Below, in pieces: positions 1 to 7,876 of a stretch of DNA of 64,000 nt. Under the pieces are notes generated by a model. That model ran no database searches. It was not told the origin of the DNA and saw only the letters and a program-made list of their open reading frames with translations. The position numbers were made by a program, and so were the translations under genes. Every line of letters starts with the position of its first letter. Positions within the stretch are counted from its first letter, which is position 1. Location: NCBI GenBank assembly GCA_031404815.1, contig JANNIH010000154.1:2091-66090 (forward strand). Direction: 5' to 3'. This DNA comes from Holophagales bacterium. Its GTDB lineage: Bacteria > Acidobacteriota > Thermoanaerobaculia > Multivoradales > UBA5704.

Positions 1-616
1 CTTCGTTGAAGATCAGATAGATCACTTCGAGCACAGAAGAGAGCCGCTCGGCCAGCTCGACACCGCGGGGAACCTCGAACGGAACCCGCGCTTCGGCGAG
101 GGTCCGTTTGGCACGGACGATCCGCTGCGCGAGGGTCGGCTCCGGCAGCAGGAACGCCCGCGCGATTTCGTCCGTTGAAAGCCCCCCGAGCAGGCGGAGC
201 GTGAGCGCGACGCGGGCCTCGCGCGAGAGGATCGGGTGGCAGGAGATGAAGACGAGTCGCAGAAGGTCGTCGCCGATCGGGTCGTCGAGGTTGGCTTCCA
301 TCGCGGCGGTGGCCCCCTCGATCTCGGCCTCGAGGTCACGTCCCAGCTCTTCGTGCTTGCGCACCGCGAGCCTTTCGCGGCGCAGCCGGTCGATGGCGCG
401 AAACTTACCCGCCGCCATCAGCCAGGCGCCCGGCTTCTTCGGTACGCCCGACTGCGGCCACTGTTCGAGCGCGGCGACCAGGGCGTCCTGCGCAAGCTCT
501 TCGGCGATTCCGACGTCGCGGACGATTCGGGCGAGGCCGGCGGTCAGCTTCGCCTGTTCGATGCGGAAGACCGCTTCGATCGCATGAATCGCCGGGTGGG
601 TGTCGGTGGCCGTCAT
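1..616 (-). CDS. ECF-type RNA polymerase sigma-70 factor, N-terminal ~205 aa (gene continues beyond window start)
   Basis: Reverse-strand ATG at 616 (MTATDTHPAIHAIEAVFRIEQAKLTAGLARIVRDVGIAEELAQDALVAALEQWP...) with sigma-70 region 2-like motifs. Reading frame is open to position 1. Classic pairing with the upstream YciI-like gene. Confidence 0.8.
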   Translation of the reverse strand, partial: MTATDTHPAIHAIEAVFRIEQAKLTAGLARIVRDVGIAEELAQDALVAALEQWPQSGVPKKPGAWLMAAGKFRAIDRLRRERLAVRKHEELGRDLEAEIEGATAAMEANLDDPIGDDLLRLVFISCHPILSREARVALTLRLLGGLSTDEIARAFLLPEPTLAQRIVRAKRTLAEARVPFEVPRGVELAERLSSVLEVIYLIFNE

Positions 617-663
617 GGCCACCGATCACACCATCGTCGCTCCGTCGGCGCAAGTCGGAGGCG

Positions 664-1092
664 CTAAGCCCTCCGCGCCTCGATTTCGGCCCGCTGCCGT
701 TCTTCCTGCTCGCGCAGCTCGGGGGTGTATTCCGGGCCGAAGTCTTCCGCCTCGAAGACCGGGCGGATCTCGATCTCGGATTCTCCAGGCATCGGGTTCG
801 GACAGCGCTTCAGCCACTCGATCGCCTCGTCCATCGAGCGCACCTGCCAGAGCCAGAAGCCGGCGATCAGCTCCTTGGTCTCGGCGAACGGCCCGTCGAT
901 CACCGTCCTCTGGTCGCCCGAGAACCGCACCCGGGCACCTTTCGAGCTGGGGTGGAGCCCCTCGCCGGCGAGCATCACGCCCGCCTTGACCAGCTCTTCG
1001 TTGTACGCGCCCATCTCGCTCAGCAACTGCTCGCTCGGCATGCAGCCGGTTTCGGAATCCTGGGTCGCTTTGACGATCACCATTACGCGCAT
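664..1092 (-). CDS. YciI-like (YCII-related/DGPF) domain protein
   Basis: ATG at 1092 (MRVMVIVKATQDSE...) preceded by an AAGGAGA RBS. 142 aa. Typical operon partner of ECF sigma factors. Confidence 0.8.
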   Translation of the reverse strand: MRVMVIVKATQDSETGCMPSEQLLSEMGAYNEELVKAGVMLAGEGLHPSSKGARVRFSGDQRTVIDGPFAETKELIAGFWLWQVRSMDEAIEWLKRCPNPMPGESEIEIRPVFEAEDFGPEYTPELREQEERQRAEIEARRA

Positions 1093-1270
1093 GGGTTTTC
1101 TCCTTGTGTGTCGGTTGGGGAGCTTGGGGCTTAGAGCTCCGTCTCTACCAGGACGTCGAGCGAGCCGCCACCGAATCGACAAGAGAATCCAACGGATTCA
1201 AAATCGGGCCGTCGCTCCAGGTAGGATCTCACGCAGAATCGCCTCTCCCCGGGCTCGCCAGGCCCAGGAC

Positions 1271-1300
1271 AACCCCGAACCACCCGAACCACCCGAACCA
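1271..1300 (+). repeat. 3x tandem 9-bp repeat (C)CACCCGAAC directly upstream of the sortilin-like gene start
   Basis: ccccgaac caccccgaac-like units: ccccgaaccacccgaaccacccgaaccac, seen directly. Confidence 0.4.
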
Positions 1301-1313
1301 CAGGACCCTAGAC

Positions 1314-4300
1314 ATGCGCAAACTCCTTTTTGGTCTCGCCGCACTGCTCGTACCCTCGGTCGCCCTGGCGGCCGATTCCCCGCTCGCCAAGGCGGCCTCC
1401 GCGCTGCCGTTTCGGAGCCTTGGTCCCGGGTTGATGAGCGGCCGGATTTCCGACCTCGCGGTTCATCCGACCGCGGAGGGAACCTGGTACGTGGCGGCGG
1501 GGTCGGGCGGGGTCTGGAAGACCACCAACGCGGGGACCACCTGGACGGCGATCTTCGAAGATCAGCCTTCGTACTCGATCGGTGAGATCACGCTCGACCC
1601 GACGAATCCGGAGGTCGTGTGGGTGGGAACCGGCGAAAACGTCAGCGGGCGCCACGTCGGCTGGGGGGACGGGGTGTACCGAAGCCGCGACGCCGGCCGG
1701 TCGTGGCAGCGCATGGGGCTCGCCGGCTCGCAACACATCGGCCGCATTCTGGTCGATCCGCGCGACGGTGACGTCGTCCTGGTCGCCGCCGAAGGGCCGC
1801 TCTGGTCGGCGGGCGGGGAACGAGGCGTCTACCGGACCACCGACGGAGGGGCCACCTGGACCCCGGTGCTCGAAATCGACGAGAACACCGGCATCACCGA
1901 CTTGGAGTTCGATCCGGCCAACCCCGACGTGGTCTACGCCGCCGCCTACCAACGGCGGCGCCACGTCTGGGGGTTCTTGGGCGGCGGTCCGAAATCCGGC
2001 ATCTGGAAATCGAACGACAACGGCAAGAGCTGGCGCCAGGTAAAAACCGGCCTGCCCAAGGAGGACATGGGGAAGATCGGCCTCGCCACGACGCCGGCCG
2101 ATCCGCGAATCGTCTACGCCACGATCGAAGCAAACGTTGAGGAGCGGGGCTTCTACCGCTCGCTCGACCGGGGCGAGAGCTGGGAGAAGCGGACCGACTA
2201 CATCTCGGGCGGCACCGGCCCGCACTATTACCAGGAGATCGAGGCTTCGCCGACCAACGCCGGTCTGGTCTACCAGATGGACGTGTTCCTCCATGTGACC
2301 CGGGACGGCGGCAAGACGATGGACTACCTCGAAACCGGCCACGACAAACACAGCGACAACCACGCCCTCTGGATCGACCCCAAAAACGGCCGCCATCTGC
2401 TGGTAGGAACCGACGCCGGGCTCTACGAGAGCTTCGACGAGGGGCAGGCGTGGCGGCACTTCCCGAACCTGCCGATCTCCCAGTTCTACAAAGTCGCGCT
2501 CAACGACCGCGAGCCGTTTTACGACATCCTGGCCGGCGCGCAGGATCTGGGTACCCTCTTCGGCCCTTCCCGCACGCTCAATCGCGACGGCGTGCGCAAC
2601 CAGGACTGGTACGTGCCGCTCGGCGCCGACGGGTATGGCGTAGCGTTCGACCGCGAGAATCCGGACCTGATGTACCTGATGTTTCAGGAGGGGATGCTGT
2701 TCCGCAAAGATCGGCGGAACGACGAAGGACTGCTGATTCGGCCTCAAGCAACGGACAGCGAGTCCCCCGAGCGGTGGGGCTGGGATTCCCCGATCCTGGT
2801 GAGCCCCCATCGCTCGAACCGGATCTACTACGGCTCGCAGAGGGTATGGCGCAGCGACGACCGGGGCAACAGCTGGACCGCGATCAGCGGCGACCTCACC
2901 CAGGGCAAGAACCGCTACGAGCAGAAGTTCATGGGCCGGGTCTGGAGCGTCGATGCCCTGTTCGACAACGGCGCGATGTCGAAGTACGCCACCACCACGG
3001 CGATCTCGGAGTCGCCGGTGAACGAAGGGGTTCTGGGCGTAGGAACCGACGACGGCCTGGTGCAGATCAGCGCGGACGGCGGAGAGAGTTGGAGCCGTTC
3101 GGCCGCCATCCCCGGATTGCCGGCGCTCTCGTTCGTCAACGACGTCGAGATGTCCAGGGTGGACGGTTCGACCCTGTACGTGGTGGCCGACAACCACAAG
3201 ACCGGCGACTTCTCGCCCTATGTCTTCGAAAGCACCGATCTCGGCCGCTCGTGGCGTTCGATGGCGGGCGACCTGCCGAAAGGCACGATCGCCTGGGCGA
3301 TCCAGCAGGACCAGGTCCGCCCCGACCTGTTCTTTCTCGGGACGGAATTCGGCCTCTATTTCAGCATCGACCGCGGCAGCCATTGGACGAAGATGGGCGG
3401 CCTGCCGACGATCCCGTTCCGCGACGTGAAGCTGCAGCGGCGCGACGGCGACCTGGTGGGCGCGACCTTCGGCCGGGGCCTCTACGTGCTGGACGACTAC
3501 ACCCCGCTTCGGCAGCTGGCGGCCGGCGGATTCGAGGGGGAGAGTGCGCTCTTTCCCGTCCGGACCGCCTGGTGGTACGTGCCCACCCAGCCGGGCCAGG
3601 CGCCCGGGCGCCCGGAGCTGGGCACCGACGACTTCACCACCCCGAACCCGCCGCAGGGCGCGCTTTTCACCTACTACCTCTCGGAAGCCCCGACGACCGC
3701 GCAGGAGGCGCGGAACGCGAGCGAAAAGAAGCTCTCCGAACAGGGCACGGACGCGCCGTTTCCCGGATTCGACCGGCTCCGCGCCGAGGCGCTGGAGGAG
3801 AAGCCGAAGGTGCTGCTGATCGTTTCGGACGCCGCCGGGCGAAAGGTGCGGTGGATCGAAGGGCCGGCCAAAGAGGGGCTTCAACGAGTCAATTGGGATC
3901 TGCGGGCGGCCAACCCCGAACCGGTCGTGCTCGAACCGCCGACGTTCCGCTCACCCTGGGACGAGCCGTCGAAAGGACCTCTGGTCGCCCCGGGGCGCTA
4001 TGCGGCCGAGCTGGTGATCGTCTCGGGCACCGGCGTGCGTTCGCTGTCCGCGCCCCAGTCGTTCGAGGTGAAGGCGGTCGACAACCTCGCCCCCGGCACC
4101 GACCCGCAGGCGGTGGCCGCCTTCCAACAGCAGACGGCGGAGGCCGCGCGCCGGGGGTCGTCCCTTGCCGAGGAGCTCGGCCAGCTGCGTGACCAGCTCA
4201 AACACATGCGGGCAACGTTGATCGAAACGCCCAAGGCGAGCCCGGCGCTCTACGCCCAGCTGGACGCGGTGAGCCGCGCCGTGGCCGAGCTCGGAGTCCG

Positions 4301-4568
4301 GCTGGAAGGCGATCCGGCGCGCCAGAAACTTTCCGAGACCGACATCCGGTCGATCGGCGATCGCATCTCGTCCGTGAAGTACGGCCACTGGGAGACGCGG
4401 CAGCTGCCCACCGAGACCCAACGGCGCGACGTGGCCGTCGCCGAAGCGGGGCTCGACGCGCTGGAGCGCGATCTAAAGTCGCTGATCCTGGGCGACCTCG
4501 CCCGACTGGAAGAGGCCTTCACCGCGGCTGGAGCGCCCTGGACCCCCGGGCGGCGGATGGTGCGATAG
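1314..4568 (+). CDS. Secreted BNR/Asp-box repeat protein, sortilin/VPS10-like beta-propeller (paralog 1, 1084 aa)
   Basis: Signal peptide MRKLLFGLAALLVPSVALA. More than 10 Asp-box motifs (SxDxGxTW, e.g. RSRDAGRSWQ, RTTDGGATWT, KSNDNGKSWR). ATG at 1314 follows an upstream in-frame extension in the ORF track. Confidence 0.85.
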   Translation: MRKLLFGLAALLVPSVALAADSPLAKAASALPFRSLGPGLMSGRISDLAVHPTAEGTWYVAAGSGGVWKTTNAGTTWTAIFEDQPSYSIGEITLDPTNPEVVWVGTGENVSGRHVGWGDGVYRSRDAGRSWQRMGLAGSQHIGRILVDPRDGDVVLVAAEGPLWSAGGERGVYRTTDGGATWTPVLEIDENTGITDLEFDPANPDVVYAAAYQRRRHVWGFLGGGPKSGIWKSNDNGKSWRQVKTGLPKEDMGKIGLATTPADPRIVYATIEANVEERGFYRSLDRGESWEKRTDYISGGTGPHYYQEIEASPTNAGLVYQMDVFLHVTRDGGKTMDYLETGHDKHSDNHALWIDPKNGRHLLVGTDAGLYESFDEGQAWRHFPNLPISQFYKVALNDREPFYDILAGAQDLGTLFGPSRTLNRDGVRNQDWYVPLGADGYGVAFDRENPDLMYLMFQEGMLFRKDRRNDEGLLIRPQATDSESPERWGWDSPILVSPHRSNRIYYGSQRVWRSDDRGNSWTAISGDLTQGKNRYEQKFMGRVWSVDALFDNGAMSKYATTTAISESPVNEGVLGVGTDDGLVQISADGGESWSRSAAIPGLPALSFVNDVEMSRVDGSTLYVVADNHKTGDFSPYVFESTDLGRSWRSMAGDLPKGTIAWAIQQDQVRPDLFFLGTEFGLYFSIDRGSHWTKMGGLPTIPFRDVKLQRRDGDLVGATFGRGLYVLDDYTPLRQLAAGGFEGESALFPVRTAWWYVPTQPGQAPGRPELGTDDFTTPNPPQGALFTYYLSEAPTTAQEARNASEKKLSEQGTDAPFPGFDRLRAEALEEKPKVLLIVSDAAGRKVRWIEGPAKEGLQRVNWDLRAANPEPVVLEPPTFRSPWDEPSKGPLVAPGRYAAELVIVSGTGVRSLSAPQSFEVKAVDNLAPGTDPQAVAAFQQQTAEAARRGSSLAEELGQLRDQLKHMRATLIETPKASPALYAQLDAVSRAVAELGVRLEGDPARQKLSETDIRSIGDRISSVKYGHWETRQLPTETQRRDVAVAEAGLDALERDLKSLILGDLARLEEAFTAAGAPWTPGRRMVR

Positions 4569-4690
4569 GTCCGGCGCCGAGGCCTGGGAAGGCAGAGACC
4601 CTGGCCCCGGGCCGATGGCGCCCGTCGATCTCTCGCACCTCGCCGAACTGTCTTTCTCGGCCAAGGGCGGTGGCGGCACCCGCCGAAAGC

Positions 4691-4710
4691 GAGTATACTC
4701 ACGAGTATAG
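4691..4710. promoter_or_regulatory. Perfect 10-bp palindrome GAGTATACTC followed by half-site ACGAGTATAG. Putative VapB operator/-10 region.
   Basis: Seen directly 3-22 bp upstream of the vapB ATG (4713). Confidence 0.45.
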
Positions 4711-4712
4711 CC

Positions 4713-4961
4713 ATGCCGACTAGTGTCCACATCCCCAAGCCGCTTCTCGAAGCCGTAGACCAGAGGGCTCGTGCCTTGAAGATGAGCCGGAACCGCCTGA
4801 TCGTTCGGGCTCTGGAGCGGGAGCTTGAGCCCGGCTCCGACTGGCCACCAGGGTTCTTCGAACAGCTGAGCCCTGTCGATCCTGAAACCGCGGCGGCGCT
4901 CGACGAGATGTTGAGCGCGGTACGCGATGCACGAAGCTCGAAGGAACCGAGGCGCCTTTGA
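4713..4961 (+). CDS. vapB: Ribbon-helix-helix (CopG/VapB-like) antitoxin
   Basis: 82 aa. N-terminal RHH-like stretch (KPLLEAVDQRARALKMSRNRLIVRALEREL). Overlaps the downstream PIN gene by 4 nt. Confidence 0.7.
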   Translation: MPTSVHIPKPLLEAVDQRARALKMSRNRLIVRALERELEPGSDWPPGFFEQLSPVDPETAAALDEMLSAVRDARSSKEPRRL

Positions 4962-5368
4962 AGTTCGTCTTGGACACAAATGCGGTTTCGGCTCTGATGA
5001 AAGGCGATCCGCAAGTCACGGAACACCTGCATCGGCAAGCAAACCGGGATGTAGGTGTTCCCCAGCCTGTGCTGGCGGAGATCGCATACGGCATCCGCAG
5101 GCTTCCGCACTCAAAGCGCAAAGATTTTCTCCAGGATCGATTCGACTTGATTCGTTCCACCCTGATACGCGCGGACTGGTCGGACGAAGTGAGCGAGACC
5201 TTTGGAACCATCAAAGCGACATTGGAACGAAGAGGAAGGCGGATCGAGGATTTTGACGCTGCGATCGCCGCTCATGCACTGGCGAACGGCGCCGTCTTAG
5301 TCACCGCAAACCTGGACGACATGACCCGAGTTCCGGGCCTGATGGTTGAGGACTGGACGAAGGCGTGA
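4958..5368 (+). CDS. vapC: PIN-domain ribonuclease toxin VapC
   Basis: TTG start overlapping the vapB stop. MKFVLDTNAVSAL... with the LDTN PIN motif and C-terminal LVTANLDDMTRVPGLMVEDW. 136 aa. Confidence 0.8.
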   Translation: MKFVLDTNAVSALMKGDPQVTEHLHRQANRDVGVPQPVLAEIAYGIRRLPHSKRKDFLQDRFDLIRSTLIRADWSDEVSETFGTIKATLERRGRRIEDFDAAIAAHALANGAVLVTANLDDMTRVPGLMVEDWTKA

Positions 5369-5432
5369 CGGCTGGAAGCCTTTCACTCCATCCACCGAGG
5401 GCACAGGAGGGACGCCTTTCAGCGCGCGCCCG

Positions 5433-5771
5433 ATGACCGGCAGCCCCTCCCGCGAGTTTGCCCTTTCCCTGCTCGGGATGGGATGGACCTTCGCGCTGTT
5501 TCTGCTCCTCGGCGCGCTCCTGTCCTGGCTCGCGGGCCAGGCGCGGCTCGTGCTCTCGTTGGCCGTAGGGCTCGCGGTCTTTCTCGGCGCCGCCTTCCTC
5601 GCCTCGCTGATCGCGGCGACGCTCGCAAAGCTCCTGCGCTGGAACATTTACGACCACGCCTCCCTCTACATCGGCCTCAACCTGCTGACCAGCGGTTCCC
5701 TGACGGTCGCCTGGGTCGCCTATCTGGCGTGGGGCGGGTGGGCGGTTTGGGGAGAAGGAACCCTTCGCTGA
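5433..5771 (+). CDS. Small hydrophobic membrane protein (about 4 TM), hypothetical
   Basis: ORF-track protein. Internal ATG chosen at 5433. Strongly hydrophobic segments. No recognisable family. Confidence 0.35.
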   Translation: MTGSPSREFALSLLGMGWTFALFLLLGALLSWLAGQARLVLSLAVGLAVFLGAAFLASLIAATLAKLLRWNIYDHASLYIGLNLLTSGSLTVAWVAYLAWGGWAVWGEGTLR

Positions 5772-5786
5772 ACCTGTAGCTGTACC

Positions 5787-5813
5787 TTGACGTAGTTACG
5801 CCACGTAGTTACG
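5787..5813 (+). promoter_or_regulatory. TTGAC (-35-like) followed by 2x direct repeat ACGTAGTTACG. Putative BrnA operator.
   Basis: gACGTAGTTACGccACGTAGTTACG seen directly upstream of the brnT GTG start. Confidence 0.4.
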
Positions 5814-5821
5814 ATGTCTCC

Positions 5822-6097
5822 GTGGACTTCGAGTGGGACGAGCGCAAGCGGCGATCGAATCTCGCGAAGCACGGTGTTGATTTCGCCGACCTCGAGATCC
5901 TCTTCGCGGGTCCCACGTTCACGGATAGGGACGACCGGTTCGAGTACCCCGAACCTCGATTCCTGACGTTCGGCTTTCTCGATCAGAGGCTACTCGTGGT
6001 TGCCCACACCGAAACCGACCGGGTGATTCGGATCATCTCGGCACGAAGAGCGACGAACCATGAAAAGAAAATCTTCCTCGCGAGTATTAGGAACTGA
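5822..6097 (+). CDS. brnT: BrnT family toxin (DUF497)
   Basis: GTG start. MDFEWDERKRRSNLAKHGVDFADLEILF...VVAHTETDRVIRIISARRATNHEKK matches the BrnT signature closely. Confidence 0.8.
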   Translation: MDFEWDERKRRSNLAKHGVDFADLEILFAGPTFTDRDDRFEYPEPRFLTFGFLDQRLLVVAHTETDRVIRIISARRATNHEKKIFLASIRN

Positions 6098-6347
6098 CTT
6101 TGCGCGCCTCGACGCGATGACCGACGAGGAGATCGACACGAGCGAGATTCCCGAGCTCAGCCCAGAGTTCTTTGCCCGTGCGATCGTCCGACGCGGCCTT
6201 CAACCGGTTGCTCCGAAGGCACAACTGACGATCCGGGTGGACCGCGAAGTCCTGGATTGGTTTCGGCAGCAAGGGAGCGGGTACCAGACGAGGATCAACG
6301 CCCTGATGCGGGCCTACATGGAGGCGCACAAGAAAAGTGCCGCTTGA
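6060..6347 (+). CDS. brnA: BrnA antitoxin (DUF4415/CopG-like)
   Basis: MKRKSSSRVLGTDFARLDAMTDEEIDTSEIPELSPEFFARA... Overlaps the brnT 3-prime end, as typical for brnTA. Confidence 0.75.
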   Translation: MKRKSSSRVLGTDFARLDAMTDEEIDTSEIPELSPEFFARAIVRRGLQPVAPKAQLTIRVDREVLDWFRQQGSGYQTRINALMRAYMEAHKKSAA

Positions 6348-6370
6348 CTCGTTCGCTTTCGACACCCCTG

Positions 6371-6487
6371 TCGTTCGAAATGAAGGCGGTGCCAGACTTC
6401 GCGCCAGGGACTGACCCGACGCACGCCTGGAAGAAACCTTCACCTCGGCCGGAGCCATGGACTCCCGGATGGCGCATGACGCGATAG
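6371..6487 (+). pseudogene. Remnant of the 3-prime end of a sortilin-like paralog (internal deletion plus frameshift)
   Basis: SFEMKAVPDFAPGTDP aligns to SFEVKAVDNLAPGTDP of gene 1314-4568. The last ~60 nt (cctggaagaaaccttcacctcggccggagccatggactcccggatggcgcatgacgcgatag) align to its terminal ctggaagaggccttcaccgcggctggagcgccctggacccccgggcggcggatggtgcgatag. Confidence 0.6.
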
Positions 6488-6814
6488 ACCCGACGCCGAA
6501 CGCTCGCGGGCCCTTTCGGGATTTCGCCGAACCAGCAGGCTTCCGAGTCGGGCTCCAGATTCGTGAGCACGAAGTTCTCGCGGCGCAGCGGCGGGGGCGA
6601 GCTCGACGAAAAACTCACTCACAGAGCGTTCAGCCGGGAGCAGCCTTCGCCGACGGGCGGCTCCGGGCGCCCCTGAAAAGGGTGAGGCCGGCCAAGCCCC
6701 ACCCTCGACACTACGACCTTCTATTGACGGCTCGATCTCGTGGTTCGTCGGGCGGGCCGTGCTTGCAATCCGTGGGAGCTCCCCGGGACGGTGCGCACGG
6801 CGCACCCTGCGAGA

Positions 6815-7183
6815 TCAGGCCGCTTGCTCGGCGGCGGCGGGCTTCGCCTTCGCCTTACGGCCGCGCTTCGCCCGGTGCTCCGAACGAATGTTGTAGCTCT
6901 CGATCACCGGGTTGGCGAAACCGAACTTCGCCCGGACGACCGCCGCGAGATTCCGGAGGGAAGCGCTCGCCTCCCGGTCGCGCTGTTGGCGGACGATCAC
7001 CGCCTCTGTCAGCTGACCGCGCAGCGACTGAACCCCTTCCTGCGAAGCGCGCAGAGCCTCGACCCGCTGCCGGACTTCGGCGACATAGGTTTCGCCGCCC
7101 GGGATTTTGGGCAGCTCGCTTTCCAGGCTCTGAAGCGTGATCTCGCACCGGCTGATCTTGTCCGCGAAACTGGTGTCTCTCAT
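6815..7183 (-). CDS. Hypothetical protein (123 aa, Lys/Ala-rich C-terminus)
   Basis: ATG at 7183 preceded by an AAGGAG RBS. No family recognised. Confidence 0.5.
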   Translation of the reverse strand: MRDTSFADKISRCEITLQSLESELPKIPGGETYVAEVRQRVEALRASQEGVQSLRGQLTEAVIVRQQRDREASASLRNLAAVVRAKFGFANPVIESYNIRSEHRAKRGRKAKAKPAAAEQAA

Positions 7184-7261
7184 GACACAACTCCTTTTGT
7201 GGATGACGGGACGCGTCATGCGACCCGAAGAAGCCTGGGGGTGACCGGCGGGGTGGGTAGA

Positions 7262-7640
7262 ACGTGCGCCGAATTCGGTTTCTTGAGTGCGCCGAGGGGT
7301 TTTCTGAGCGAGCGGAGCGATTCCTTAGGTCCCGAATTCGGTCTGCGGATCAAGAATTGACGTTCTGAGTCAGCCGAGGGATTTCGGCGATCCGGAAATC
7401 GAATTCGGCACTCAGCGAACGGGTTTTCTGACCCAGAAAAGGGGTCGCGGCATCCGGAAATTCGCTTTGCCGGTCGCGGAGCGACTTGGCGGATCGGGAA
7501 ATCGAATTCGGCGGTCAGAAAGGGGGTCGCGGGAGTGAGCGAAGGAAATTCGGCGATCGGAAAACCGCTCCGCGCACCCGCCAGAGCGAATTCGGCGGTC
7601 AGCTTTCCGGGCTCGGCGGCCGGAAATTCGGTGCCCTGGG
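7262..7640. repeat. Array of about 8 degenerate palindromic CCGAATTCGG / GGAAATTCGG motifs interleaved with GCCGAGGG-GTTTTCTGAG motifs. Intergenic.
   Basis: Cores at ~7269, 7333, 7401, 7459, 7504, 7546, 7588, 7623. CCGAATTCGG is a perfect 10-bp palindrome. Confidence 0.6.
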
Positions 7641-7723
7641 GCGGCGGGGTCGGGGGCGGGGCGGCGGCGGTTACGTTCATCACGCCGAGAACGCTACAGG
7701 TTGTAATCTGGGATTTCTGGCGC

Positions 7724-7750
7724 AAAAAGGGGCTAAAAATGCCCCTTATT
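7724..7750 (-). terminator. Hairpin GGGGC-N7-GCCCC flanked by A5 and TTATT. Rho-independent terminator-like, with the T5 tract on the minus strand.
   Basis: aaaaaggggctaaaaatgccccttatt seen directly. Confidence 0.35.
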
Positions 7751-7876
7751 ACCGGTTGAAACTTTCGGCTGGATGGTATAAGTGCGAGTCCAAACGGGGA
7801 ACGTGGGCCCGAGGGGGAGATCGATCTTTGGTATTCTGTCTCCGTCAGCTGGACGAACCTTGGGAGGACCGGCACT

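Noticed and set aside
1308-4192. Long alternative-frame ORFs (1308-3884 minus, 2450-4192 plus) inside sortilin-like gene 1
   Set aside because: Typical high-GC antisense or shifted-frame open frames with Arg/Pro/Gly-rich nonsense translation. The Asp-box frame is clearly the real one.
6295-6805. Minus-strand ORFs (6295-6618, 6440-6805) overlapping the sortilin-remnant region
   Set aside because: No recognisable family, no RBS, and they overlap BrnA and the pseudogene fragment. Likely spurious in high-GC DNA.
7262-7640. Possibility that the repeat array is a CRISPR array
   Set aside because: Repeat units are degenerate and irregularly spaced, the intervening sequences share motifs (not unique spacers), and no cas genes are nearby.
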